A stretch of 64,000 nt of DNA from Dictyostelium discoideum. Its lineage: Eukaryota. The translations under genes were made by a program, and so were the position numbers. Positions 12,070 to 23,643 of this stretch are shown one piece after another. Location of the stretch: positions 3,712,001 through 3,776,000 of the forward strand of contig CM000153.2 of assembly GCA_000004695.1 (NCBI GenBank), in the 5' to 3' direction. Every line of letters starts with the position of its first letter. Within the stretch, counting starts at the first letter, position 1. Below the pieces are notes generated by a model that was not told the DNA's origin, made no database searches, and saw only the letters and a program-made list of their open reading frames with translations.

Positions 12070-13418
12070 TTAAAATTCCATTGGATCTTGAATTGTTAAA
12101 TTATATTTTAATTTCATTTGATTTACATGATTTTTAAATATTTTTTTAAATTTGTTAAATAATTTTGGATCATTAATTAATTGATCAACTGTTGGAACTT
12201 GATTTGGATTAAATTTATAAATTTCATTAATATCCAAAGGAACACAAAGTTTCTTTGTATCAGGGTGTATACAGAATGGAGATTTCAAAAGATGATCAAG
12301 ACCAATCGTTACTGGTTCATCAATTCTTGGCATTGTATAATGGAAAACTAAATTGTAGAGATGTTCCTTTAAATTATTATCTTCGAGATAAGATTTAACA
12401 GCGAACCAAATTTCAGAGTTTGATAAATTTTCATCTTGAATTTCTTTTAATTTCTTTTCAATATCTTCAGATGGCGTTAAAGTGATTTTTCTATCTTGTC
12501 TCTTGTAAGAGATTGGTAATAATGATAAAAAGTTTTTACGTTGTTTTTCATTGGTGAAAATTTGTTGTTCCTCTATAATGCATTTTTCAAAGTGTGGTAA
12601 TAGAATTTGGTCGAATGAACGTTTAAGAATTGGGATTTGATTTTGAGATAACTCAACTCTGATATGATTTAAAATTGAAGCACGATTCTCTCTTGTTAGA
12701 TGTTGTGCGGCTCTATCCGACACCCAAATGTGTAAACCACGACGACCACTAAAAACGTACATTATCTGTTGGAAACCAAAACATTCCCTAAGATAATTAT
12801 CTATAAACTCTGCTGAAACTGCTAAAAATCCCCAACACTTTTCACATAGTGATGTTGATGAACAACAAACACGAATTGGATTATAATCATCAACATCAAT
12901 ATCGAATACCAATTCCTTTGACACTGGTTGGTAATCTGAAACTGTTGCCTTTTTAGATGGTTCCCAACTACAGATGGGTCCAATATCTAATCTCTCTGGT
13001 ACTTCATATACACCATCAATATTTTGTCTACCTTTTAAAAATTCTTTTAAATCTTCAACTCTATTGAATGATTTATTACGAATAACAAATGATGAAGATA
13101 CTTTATTGATCCTTACTGAAAATTCTCTTCTTTCAAATGCTCTCTTTTTATCTTCTTCTTTTTCATTTATACTATTTATTGTTAACCAATCATATAATAA
13201 ATCAAATGGAAATAATTTATCTTTTTTTTTTTTTTTTTTTTTATTATTTATTTAAAAATAATAATAAAAATTTTAATATTAGTTTTAATGTATTAAATTT
13301 TTAATTAAAAAAAATAAAATAAAATAAAATAATTATTACCATAATATTCTCTTAATTGTAATACATCTTGTCTTGAGATTTCATTTGAAAAATCTATATC
13401 AATTTCATCTTCCATCAT
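12070..13418 (-). CDS. DNA primase small (catalytic) subunit PriS/Prim1, ~409 aa, 2 exons
   Basis: The exons on the minus strand are 13418..13340 and 13220..12070, with a GTAATA..AG intron in phase 1. The protein starts MMEDEIDIDFSNEISRQDVLQLREYYGDKLFPFDLLYDWL...REFSVRINK. It continues ...ELVFDIDVDDYNPIRVCCSSTSLCEKCWGFLAVSAEFIDNYLRECFGFQQIMYVFSGRRGLHIWVSD, which is collinear with human PRIM1 (ELVFDIDMTDYDDVRRCC...FGF..VYSGRRGVHCWVCD). Confidence 0.85.
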
Positions 13419-13564
13419 TATATTATTATTGATTGTTGTTATTATTGTTGTACAATTAGTTTATAAAAAAATAAAAATAAAAATGAAAATGAAAAAACTA
13501 ATTTTTTGAAAATGGCGGGAGAAACAAAGATTTTTTTTTTTTTTTTAAATTTTTTTTTTTTTTT

Positions 13565-13597
<33 letters not shown>

Positions 13598-13622
13598 ATC
13601 ATAAAATAAAAGCAAACAAAAA

Positions 13623-14100
13623 ATGGTAAAAGATATTTATAATTTACTGGGTTAGTGATTTAAACTTCTAATATTATTAACACATAGTTTTGTTTTTATA
13701 TATATATAGAATGTCGAATTAGAAGAATCATTTAAAAAAATCCAATCACATAAAGGTGTTGTTGGTGTATTAATTATAAATAAACAAGGATCAGTTATAA
13801 AATCAACATTTGATCAAGAAGTTAGTTTAAGTTATTCAAAAGTTATTTTAGATATGTTTCCAAAAGCACATGACCTTTTAAAAGTTAATGATAATAATGT
13901 ATGTTATGGAAAAGATGGGAAATGAAAAAAAAAAAAAAAAGAATAAAAAAGATCAATTTATAAACTTATAGATTACTAATTTCAATTCATTTATATAGGA
14001 CGAGTTATCATTTTTTAGGGTTAGATCAAAAGATAATGATATCATGGTAACACCAGATAAAGATTTCTTTTTAATGGTTGTAAATAAAATAAATAAATAA
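13623..14100 (+). CDS. Dynein light chain roadblock-type (LC7/km23), ~97 aa, 3 exons with an ATG-only first exon
   Basis: The exons are 13623..13625 (ATG followed by GTAAAA), 13710..13898 and 13999..14100. The protein [37 protein letters not shown]...[33 protein letters not shown] aligns along its whole length with human DYNLRB1. The in-register ATG at 13711 is out of frame (ATG TCG AAT TAG), which is why the ATG|GT micro-exon model is preferred. The alternative is a 1-nt sequencing error. Confidence 0.7.
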
Positions 14101-14154
14101 AGTAATAATATTGTATAAATTGAAAATATATTTAATGAAACTATAATCAACTAC

Positions 14155-14191
<37 letters not shown>

Positions 14192-14533
14192 CAAAAAAAA
14201 GAGTATAATGATATATTGATAAAATACAATCAATAAATAATTAAAATTAAAATTCAATTTTATAATCAAATAAAGGAGGTTTTTTTACTTTAATTTATCT
14301 TTATTTTAATTTTGTTCTCTTCTTTTTTTTTTAAATAAATAACTATACATTTTGGGGAAAGGTATTTTTTTTTTTTTTTTTTTTCTTTATTTTTTTTTTA
14401 TAAATTTATAAATTTTTGAACATATCAGCAATTTCAACTAGAGTTAGGATAATTAAAAAATAATAATAATAATAATATTAGTAATTAATAATCATTTTAA
14501 ATAATGATTAATATTATTTATAAATTTAAATTA

Positions 14534-15246
14534 TTATTTACCTTTTTCATCATGTAAATCTTGATCTTCATATTCATCTTGAATTGTAAAAGTATTTGCT
14601 TGACCATCAATACTTTCAATAGTATTTTCATTATCAATGATATCATGTCTAGTTCCATTGTTATTGTTGGTATTATTTTTGTGACCTCTATGACTTAGAC
14701 CATCAATGGATTCTAATCCTATATCATCATCTTGATCAGCCAATTCAGAGTAGGCAAACTTTTGATTATTTGCATTTGGTTTCCAAATCCAACAAATTGA
14801 AACTAAAACTACAAAGTAACTTACACCCCAAGATACTTCTACGACCCAACTGGTTTGAGCAGAATATTCATAAGAGGTTGCCCAAGTGACAATAATCTCT
14901 GCCATAAGAATAATGAATGAACAAACTGCGCTACCTAATAATACCCAAATGAATGATCTAAACATTAACAATTTGGCTGTTTGATTCTTTGTTTGTAAAT
15001 TATTCATAATCTCTGTCAATGATGTTAAAATCCACCAATAAAATACTGTATCCAATACTGAAACTGGTAATGTTAAATAAATGAAAGATATTTGTGTACT
15101 ATTAGTTTGAGTTGGTGAATTATATACATAATTTTGTGCTCCTTTAATTAATAAATAAACTACTGTTATAACTGATAATTTGATAATTGTTGGTTTTGGT
15201 AATCTTGGTCTAAAAAAATAAATAAATAAATAAATTGATATATATA

Positions 15247-15322
<76 letters not shown>

Positions 15323-16660
15323 GTATTTTAACTTTTATATTATTGTTTGTTGTAATAATAAAATATAAGATATACATACACCATTACACCATAACCTAAT
15401 GAAACTAAAACAACTAATGATCTTGCAAAACCACTCTTTAAAGTACCAAATAAAGTAACGAAAAATACACCAGCATTTGAGAAATGACCAATTTTATTGA
15501 TTGAACTAAGGGTGAAATAATTTGTTAAAGATTCTAAGAAACCTAATAAAATAACTAAACTAATCCAATATTGGATTCTGAGTGCTGTATCTTTAAATTT
15601 GAGAAATAAAACTGCCCACATTATAAATAATCCAACATAAAATGCTGATAATATTAAATTAAACTACATATATAGTAAAAGTTGTATTGTTGTTGGTTGT
15701 CATGTTAATAAAACTATAATTATTAATATTAAGGAATATTAATATATATATATATATATATAATACATACATATAAGAATGGATATTTATCACCAGTTAA
15801 ATAACCATATGGATTCATAAAGATTAAATCAGCATCAACAGTGAAAGGAGAATCAATATTTGTTGAAGCAGGTTTACAAGTTGTAACGATTAAACTATAT
15901 AAACCAGTTTGATCAATTGGTATTGTTATTGAGATTGGGAATGATTGTAATTTTGGTACGATTGTAATACCATAAACATGAGAACCATCAGTATTATCAC
16001 TGCCACCATCACCAGTACTTGTTTTATGATTGATTATTAATGTGTAGTTCTTATTGGTGTCATCAGTGGTATATGTTGAATCTTGTATGAAAACAGTACC
16101 ATATTCGCATTGTTTACTCTTTGATAATTCAAGTGTACAACATACAGTGCCACTTACATCACCTATATATTTAACTTCATTCATTCTATATAATAAGAAA
16201 TTAATGTATGGTTCATTTGAATTACCATTACTATTATTGTTATTGTTATTATTATTATTACTATTACTATTATTATCATCACTATTTGGTGGAATAAATG
16301 CTTCGCTATTAATTGTAATGTAACCATTCATTCCTGCATAAGGTTTTCCATCTCCTGGTGATGTATGTGGGACACTACTCTTATTTGAATATACAAATGA
16401 TGTTGCTGAACTCTTGATTTTTATTTATTTTTTTATTTTATTTTTTTATTTTGTAGGTATTTTAAAAATGTAAGTATGAATGAATAACTAAAAATTGTTT
16501 TTTTTTTATTTTATTTTTTTTATTTATTTTTTTTTTTTTTATTACATACATATTGATCAAAAACACCATTGTTTATAATAGGAAATATACTAGACTCAAC
16601 ATTTCTATTTAAAAATAATATAAATATTATTACAAATAGAAATTGAGATAAATTTTTCAT
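14534..16660 (-). CDS. Lung-seven-transmembrane-receptor family protein (GPR107/GPR108/TMEM87-like), ~570 aa, 4 exons
   Basis: The exons on the minus strand are 16660..16550 (signal peptide MKNLSQFLFVIIFILFLNRNVESS..), 16412..15771 (luminal domain), 15663..15380 and 15209..14534 (multi-pass TM region ...WAVLFLKFKDTALRIQYWISLVILLGFLESLTNYF..., acidic tail). The donors are GTATGT, GTATGT and GTATGT. The third intron contains an (ATT)n microsatellite. Confidence 0.65.
15241..15335. repeat. (ATT)n microsatellite, ~30 units, inside an intron of the Lung-7TM gene
   Basis: A perfect ATT repeat. Confidence 0.95.
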
Positions 16661-17057
16661 TTTTATTTATTTTATTCTTTATTGTGTGTGGACGTTTCAC
16701 TTTTTTTTTTTTTTTTATTTTTTTTTCTTAAAAAAACAACACCTTTAAAAAATAAAAAAATTTAAAAAAAAATAAAATTTTTAAAATTTAAGTGATTTGA
16801 CTTTAATTCGAACAAAAAGAATAAAAATGAAAACGATTCTTGAATTAAAAATAAAAAAATAAAAAATAAAAAATAAAAAATAAAAAATAAAAAATAAAAA
16901 ATAAAGCAAAGATACCTCAAATTATCTGCTTTAAAAAGATAATAAAAAAATCATAAAAAATAAAAAGAATATAAATATTTAAAACCTTTTAAAGTAGTTG
17001 TATGGTGATAATAATTCATTGATTTCATATTTTCAACTTGCGAACCAAATTGATATT

Positions 17058-17219
17058 CTAAAAATTCACCATAAAAAGTTTCATAATCAATTGTTTAAAT
17101 ATTGAATGTTTAAAACATTCATCATAAAATTCTCTATGATTGGATTTAAAATTTTCAAGTAATTCAATTCTTTCAGTTTTTACCAATCTTTTGATAATAT
17201 TATGTAAAGGTGTTGTTTT
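17058..17219 (-). CDS. Possible terminal exon of an unidentified minus-strand gene
   Basis: After a TTTTATAG acceptor the frame encodes KTTPLHNIIKRLVKTERIELLENFKSNHREFYDECFKHSIFKQLIMKLFMVNF*. The sequence is non-repetitive and protein-like. I found no upstream exons. Confidence 0.2.
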   Translation of the reverse strand, partial: KTTPLHNIIKRLVKTERIELLENFKSNHREFYDECFKHSIFKQLIMKLFMVNF

Positions 17220-17304
17220 CTATAAAAGGTCAATATTTTACATAATCAAAAAAATCAATTGAAAAAAGACTTTCCAAAGAAAACACACAAAAAAGTAAAT
17301 AATG

Positions 17305-17337
<33 letters not shown>

Positions 17338-17523
17338 GAATCATCATATTTTAATAGTATACACACAAATAATATGAAAGTTTTTTAAGTAAAAACCAAA
17401 GGGAAAAAAAAATAGTGATAAAATATACTTTTTTATAAACCCAAAATATTTTAATTTTAAAATTATTATTTGTTTTTTAAAATAATTAAAATTGAATATT
17501 TATTTTAAAAAAAATTAATAAGT

Positions 17524-17715
17524 TCAGAGTACTTTAATTCCACAAGAACGCAAACAAATACTTGATTTGACTCCGTTAACTATTGGACATTTTGCTGCAC
17601 ATTCAGTTTTAGGGTCACTTGCTGCTAAATTTTCAAAATTGTAATTTTCTTCAGCATTTCCATTTGAATGAACAATAATGATAATTAAAAAAAATAAAAA
17701 TGTTAAATTTGAAAT

Positions 17716-17717
<2 letters not shown>
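17524..17717 (-). CDS. Small secreted-type Cys-rich peptide ORF lacking an identifiable ATG
   Basis: ..TISNLTFLFFLIIIIVHSNGNAEENYNFENLAASDPKTECAAKCPIVNGVKSSICLRSCGIKVL* has a signal-peptide-like hydrophobic stretch and 5 Cys. The frame runs straight into a 43-nt A-run (T-run on plus, 17718..17760) with no in-frame ATG. It may be missing a 5' exon, or it may be a pseudogene. Confidence 0.25.
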
Positions 17718-17762
<45 letters not shown>

Positions 17763-18679
17763 ACAATTAAATAAAATTGGAGGAAAATTCCTACATTTTG
17801 TTTTTATCTTTGAAACAAAAATTTTTATTTTTGGATCCTCTTGCAAGTGAATTCAATAATTTCTAATTTAAAAAAAAAATTAAAGTTTAGGTATTATCTT
17901 TATTTATAAAATAATAATTTGTTCTGTGTTATAATTAGAAAAAAAAAAAAATGTAATTAAAAAAAGAAAAAAAATAAATAATAATAAATTAAGATTTAAA
18001 AAACTCCCTTGGAAAAAAAAATAAAAAATAAAAAAAATAAAAAAGTTAAAAAAAAAAAAAAAAACTTTTACTCTTTTCTTTTTTTTTTATAAATTACAAA
18101 AAAATTAATTATATTATTCGAAAATCGATTTGTTGATTTTTTTCAAAATCACAATTATTTGCAGACAATCACAGCTTCACTTAAAGAAATTATTATAAAA
18201 ACTTCAAAAAATAATTCGAAAAAAAAAAAAATAAAAAAAAAAAAAAAAGATATTTTTAGCACAACTATTTTTATTTTTTTTTTTAATTTTTTTTTTTTTA
18301 ATCAATTTCGGTTGTAACCAAATTTTATTCATGTTAATTAATTAGTAATAAATTTTTTCCAAATTGTTTTTTTTTTTTTTTTTTTTCTTTTCCTAACAAC
18401 CACTCAAATCTAAAAAAAAAAAAAAAAATTTCAATCACTTTTGTTCAGTTAGTTATTAACTTTGTTTGTAATTTTAATTATATTGTATTTGTATATTTGT
18501 TTTTTTACAACTTTTAAAAAAAAATAAAAATAAAAAAATAAAAAATAAAAAAAATAAAAACAGTTACTGTTGTAAAATTGTAGTTTTATAGAATATATCT
18601 TAAAAAAAAAAAAAAGGAAAAAACAAATAATTGTATAACAAAAAAAAAAAAAAAGAAAAAAAAAATTATATAAAAAAAA

Positions 18680-21595
18680 ATGATAGATCCGGATACAGGA
18701 TCATCAAATAATATCTCACCAACTATTAGTATATCTAGAGTTGGAATGTTACAGCAAGGTGGCGGATATGATTCAATTGGGTCATCAAATAGTATGATGA
18801 ATATTGATGATACAGCAAGTAATATAAGTGGTGTTAGTAACTTTTATATGAAATCATCATTAAAAAATCATAATAATAATAATAATAATAATAGTAATAA
18901 CAGTGAATTATCACAATCACCAAAGAAAAAATTTGGAATTTCATCACATCATCAAGGTATTCATTTTTCAAATTTAGGAGGATGGTTTTCAATGTCACAT
19001 TTACATAATACACAAAAATCATTTACAGATTTAAGTCAAAAGATATTTCATGGAAAGGGTATAAAGAAACTTAGAAATATGAAAAAGAAAAAGAGAATTA
19101 AAAAAAGTAAAGCATCTTATATTAGAAGAAGGAAACTTAGTAAATTAATGAATAGTAGAGTATCAATGATAATAATGATAGTTGCGACACTATTCCTATT
19201 ATATATTGATGATATTTTGTATACATCATTGGCACCAAATTCACCGGCCACATTTAATTCAGTATCGGTTTTAAAGGTTATTGTATTTTTTATATTTGTA
19301 ATTGATTTAATATTTCAAATCTATGTTCAAAGATTGGCATATATTTTAACATTATTCTTTCCCATTGATTTAATATCGATTGCATCATTGGTGCCAGATG
19401 TAGTTGGATACGTTTTCAGTGTCACTAGTTTATTGTATGCATTAAATTCATTATCAATATCTAGAACTGCCAGAGTTGCAAGAATGGCATCTCGGTTATC
19501 AAGAATCGCAAGAATTATAAACTTTTTCGATGTTTTTCAATGTGGTAAACGTGTGGATGATAAACCAAAGAATGAGATATCAGTATCTGTTGAACCAAGT
19601 ACAATTGGAAAGAAACTATTGGCTAAAACATCTCATAAAATTGTGGTAATGTGTTTATTGATTGTATTGATCACAACATTAACTTCACCAGCACCAGATT
19701 CAGATCCATATTTTACTTCAATCTTAGAGTTATTGGTTATTTCTGCTAATCAAAATGGTATAAACTCTCAAGCATTTACAACATCATTTAATGAAATTCA
19801 AAGTAATAAAGATACAGTTGACCTTTTATACTTAAAAGTTAATGGTATCGATGTTTATCAATCATCAATTAATACAGACGAATGGTATCCAAGTTGGATT
19901 ATTAAAAATTCATTCAATGGTTCAGATATTAATGAAATGTGGGTAAACAATCAAAAGAATGAACAATATTTAGCAGCTTTATCAATTACAATGACAACTT
20001 GTTTAATAATTATACTTTCATTTGGAACTTTATTAATTTCAAGGGATTTTCAAATTTTAGTTATAAAACCAATTGAAAGAATGATATCATTAATTAAAAA
20101 GATCTCATCAATGGAAAGAGGGTATGACAGTGATTATGACTCCGATCCAGATGATGAATATACAAATCAAACCACTGAAGATGATGGTAATTGTGGTGCA
20201 GATGATGGTGATGCTAAAAATATAAATATGAATGATTTAGAAGTTGGTGGATTTTCAAGTGCAGGTGATTCAGATTTTGAAAGTTTTGGAGAATATGGTT
20301 CAGAAGAAAATGAAACAGAAATTCTTGTAGAGGTTTTAAATGAATTGGCATATAAAAAATTATCAAATCAAAATAATGAAAGAATTCAACATGAAAATAA
20401 ACAAAAAATAGTTGATGGATTGAATTGTTTATTGGCAAATATTAAATCATTTGCACAAAGAAAACATTTTACCAGTGAACTTAAAATTTATAATAGAAGA
20501 CATAGAATTGTTAAAGAGATTTTAACTACTGAACAAACCTATTGTAATTCATTATCAACAAAGATTGAAGTTTTCATTTTACCATTACGTAGTAAATCGA
20601 TTATTTCAAATGATGATCTTTCAACTATATTTAGTAATTCTGAAGTTATTCATCAATTTAATAGTGGATTTTTAGCATTACTAGAGGAGAAAATTAATAA
20701 TTGGTCTACTAATCAATCGATTGGTGAAGTGTTTAATTATTTGGAGAATTCAGTTCAATGTTATAGTACCTATGTAAACAATTATAATAACTCAATAAAG
20801 GCATTGGAAGATTGTAAGAGAGATAATGAGAAGTTTGTAGAGTTTTTAGCGGACCAACGTGAAAAGGCATCGATAGAGTTACCAGGTTATTTAATTATGC
20901 CCGTTCAACGTATGCCACGTTATGTGATGTTATTAGAGGATTTATTAAAACATACAGCACCTCAACATTTCGATTTTGAACCAATTGATAATGCTGTTAA
21001 ATCATTAAAGAAAATAACGGTACAATTGAATGAAAGAAAGAGAGAATCAGAGAACAAACAATCGATTCAAGATATCTATATGCAATTGGTACCACCAATT
21101 CAAGACATTTTAACACCTGGAAATTGTATAGCTGCAAATTCAAAATTAAAACAAGACTCTCTTAAATTCCATTTCATCCTTTTCCAAACTGGTCTATTAA
21201 AAGTTGAAAAGAGTCATGACGAATTACATGTTAAACAATATTATCAAATTAAAGATAAACCAATCGTATTAACTGTACTCCAAGATGTACCTTCAATGAA
21301 ATTCTTTAATGCTTTTCAAATAAAGATTGAGGATGAACATGAACTATTACTCTTTGCAAAAACTGAAGAAATTCGTAATCAATGGATAAACGCTTTAACT
21401 CAATTTACAAAAGTTCAAACTCAACGTACAAAGAGTGTTTTAATGATAAATTCTCATCTTCGTAAATCAACCATTAGTCGTGGTAGTGGTTCAAATATAC
21501 TTCAAAATTCACCTTTATCAACTTCAAGATTATCTTATTCTTCAAATTCTGGTTCTCAAAGTGGTGGTAGTAGTAGTAGAAATTTAAATAAATAA
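18680..21595 (+). CDS. RhoGEF (DH-PH) with an N-terminal voltage-sensor-like multi-TM domain, 971 aa, single exon
   Basis: DH domain motifs are clear: RRHRIVKEILTTEQTYCNSLSTKIEVFILPL.. and ..LPGYLIMPVQRMPRYVMLLEDLLKHT. A PH-like region follows (..LFQTGLLKVEKSHDELHVKQYYQI..). About residues 150-470 have 4-6 predicted TM helices, including an S4-like helix LSISRTARVARMASRLSRIARI with Arg at every third position. S2- and S3-like helices carry Asp. Confidence 0.85.
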   Translation: MIDPDTGSSNNISPTISISRVGMLQQGGGYDSIGSSNSMMNIDDTASNISGVSNFYMKSSLKNHNNNNNNNSNNSELSQSPKKKFGISSHHQGIHFSNLGGWFSMSHLHNTQKSFTDLSQKIFHGKGIKKLRNMKKKKRIKKSKASYIRRRKLSKLMNSRVSMIIMIVATLFLLYIDDILYTSLAPNSPATFNSVSVLKVIVFFIFVIDLIFQIYVQRLAYILTLFFPIDLISIASLVPDVVGYVFSVTSLLYALNSLSISRTARVARMASRLSRIARIINFFDVFQCGKRVDDKPKNEISVSVEPSTIGKKLLAKTSHKIVVMCLLIVLITTLTSPAPDSDPYFTSILELLVISANQNGINSQAFTTSFNEIQSNKDTVDLLYLKVNGIDVYQSSINTDEWYPSWIIKNSFNGSDINEMWVNNQKNEQYLAALSITMTTCLIIILSFGTLLISRDFQILVIKPIERMISLIKKISSMERGYDSDYDSDPDDEYTNQTTEDDGNCGADDGDAKNINMNDLEVGGFSSAGDSDFESFGEYGSEENETEILVEVLNELAYKKLSNQNNERIQHENKQKIVDGLNCLLANIKSFAQRKHFTSELKIYNRRHRIVKEILTTEQTYCNSLSTKIEVFILPLRSKSIISNDDLSTIFSNSEVIHQFNSGFLALLEEKINNWSTNQSIGEVFNYLENSVQCYSTYVNNYNNSIKALEDCKRDNEKFVEFLADQREKASIELPGYLIMPVQRMPRYVMLLEDLLKHTAPQHFDFEPIDNAVKSLKKITVQLNERKRESENKQSIQDIYMQLVPPIQDILTPGNCIAANSKLKQDSLKFHFILFQTGLLKVEKSHDELHVKQYYQIKDKPIVLTVLQDVPSMKFFNAFQIKIEDEHELLLFAKTEEIRNQWINALTQFTKVQTQRTKSVLMINSHLRKSTISRGSGSNILQNSPLSTSRLSYSSNSGSQSGGSSSRNLNK

Positions 21596-21660
21596 ATAAA
21601 TTTTTTATTTTTTTAAATATATATATATTTTTTATTTATTATTTTTTTCAAAATTTATTG

Positions 21661-22753
21661 TTAACATTCAATTTTAAAAACTTCATATTCATCAACTTGA
21701 AAATATCTTTTACCTTTTCCTTTACTATCATAATAAGATTCAAAGAAATTCTCTTTATTTATATTACAATTATTTGAAATTGTTAAATTTTTACCCAATA
21801 TACCAAAAGTTGGACCATAATTAATGTTTGAATAAATTGATTGACTTGATGAACCTTCTTCTTTTTTTATAATTGATGGTGGTATATTTGCCAAATCAAA
21901 TAAAAATGATTTATCATCTTGAGTATATTGGGTAGACAATGTCCAATTACGACTTGCATATCCTCCAAATATACAATCCTTTGATCTAATAATTGTAATT
22001 GTGGATCCTTTAAAATCACATAATTCATGAAATCTCTTTGATGAAAAATCATTATCTGATCCCTAATTAAATATAATAAAATTAGATTTTCTTTTAATTA
22101 ATAATAATAATAATAATAATGGTAATAAAATGATTTGATTGGTCCTTACTCTATATAATAATCTTGTTTTTTTAATTTGTAATTTTGATTTTAATAATCT
22201 AATTAAATCTTTTGATAATTCAACAGATAAAATTTTTGATTGATAAAAATGATATGGATATAACAATTCTTTTAAACCTGATAAACAATAAAAATCTGCT
22301 TCAACATATAATTCATTTCTAATTTGTTCACACTCTGGAATATTTGAACAATCACCTCTTAAAAAATTTAAAATAATTCTAAAATGTGTACCATCTCTTT
22401 AAATTTATATATATTTAAAATATCAAAAAAAATATTTTAGTAATTAGATAAAATTATTTCCAAAAATTCCAAAAAAAAAGTAAAAAAATTATAAAAATTA
22501 CCTATCAATAAAATAAGTATCAGGTTTATTTGGAGTTTTGATTACATTTACATTATAATTACCAGAGAATAATATATCAAAGTAATTATTTTTTTGATTT
22601 GTTAAGGTTCCTTTTGTAGTACAAAATTTGAAACCACCTATATTTAATATTAATGGTTCATTATTTGATTGTACCTGTTGTTGAAATTGTTGTATTTGTT
22701 GTAATTGTTGTAATTGTGTATATAAATGATTTTGATTATTTTGTTGTTGTTGC

Positions 22754-22789
<36 letters not shown>

Positions 22790-22953
22790 CCATGACTATA
22801 ATATAATGTTGATAAATTTTCATTACTATTATTAAAATATGGATATAGTGAGTTTGATGAAGATCTTATTGATGAAGTATACTCATTTCCATCATCAACG
22901 GATTGTAATTTTAATGAAACTGATGAAACATCATTTGGTATAACTTGGTTCAT
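21661..22953 (-). CDS. BTB/POZ (KCTD, T1-type) + TLDc domain protein, ~366 aa, 3 exons
   Basis: The exons on the minus strand are 22953..22502, 22396..22150 and 22062..21661. The donors are GTAATT and GTAAGG. The BTB spans exons 1-2 (PLILNIGGFKFCTTKGTLTNQ...DTYFIDR|DGTHFRIILNFLRGD). Exon 3 encodes a TLDc-like domain (..IIRSKDCIFGGYASRNWTL..DDKSFLFDLANIPP...). The N-terminus has a poly-Gln tract. Confidence 0.8.
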
Positions 22954-23643
22954 TGTTTTAATATTAATATTGTTATGGAAAAGTAGTTTTTATAATTAAA
23001 AAGTATGAAAAAAAAAAAAAAAAAAAAAGTAGTTTTAAAAAGAAATAAAAAAAAAATAATAATATTGAAACTTTTAATATGAAAATATATTAAAAAATTT
23101 GATACTATTTATTTATTATTAAAAATATTGTAGATACCCCCTCATTCAAAAAATTAAAAACACCTTTTCTTTTTTTTTTTTTTTTTTTTTTTTTCTCACC
23201 CTTTTTTTTCTATTTGAAAAAAAATGGAATTTTTTGGAAAATTTCTCTTTTACAATTAATTTAAATTAAAATAAAATGTTTAGGATTCACCTTGATCATT
23301 AAAATTAAATGTAAATATATTTATCAATGAGATTTTATTAATTATCTATAAACACACATAAAAAATTTGTAAGTTAAAAAAAAAAAAAAAATTTAATTAA
23401 ATAAATATTTTTAACTTTCTACATTGCAAGTAAAAAAAAAAAAATAATAAATATAATTAAATAAAAAAAAAATTAATTCAAAAATTTACCAATAAATATT
23501 TTTTATTTAGTAAAAACTTTCATTTAATTTAATTTTATATTTTGATTATTTATTATTACACTATAAAAAAAAAAAAAAAAAAAAAAAAAAATTATACCAC
23601 TTTTGTTTTTTTTGCTAAAAAAGCAATTTATTTATTTTTGTGG

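Noticed and set aside
13711-13722. ATG at 13711 as the start of the roadblock gene
   Set aside because: It is out of frame with the conserved downstream protein (ATG TCG AAT TAG gives an immediate stop). I prefer the upstream ATG micro-exon, but a single-base sequencing error cannot be excluded.
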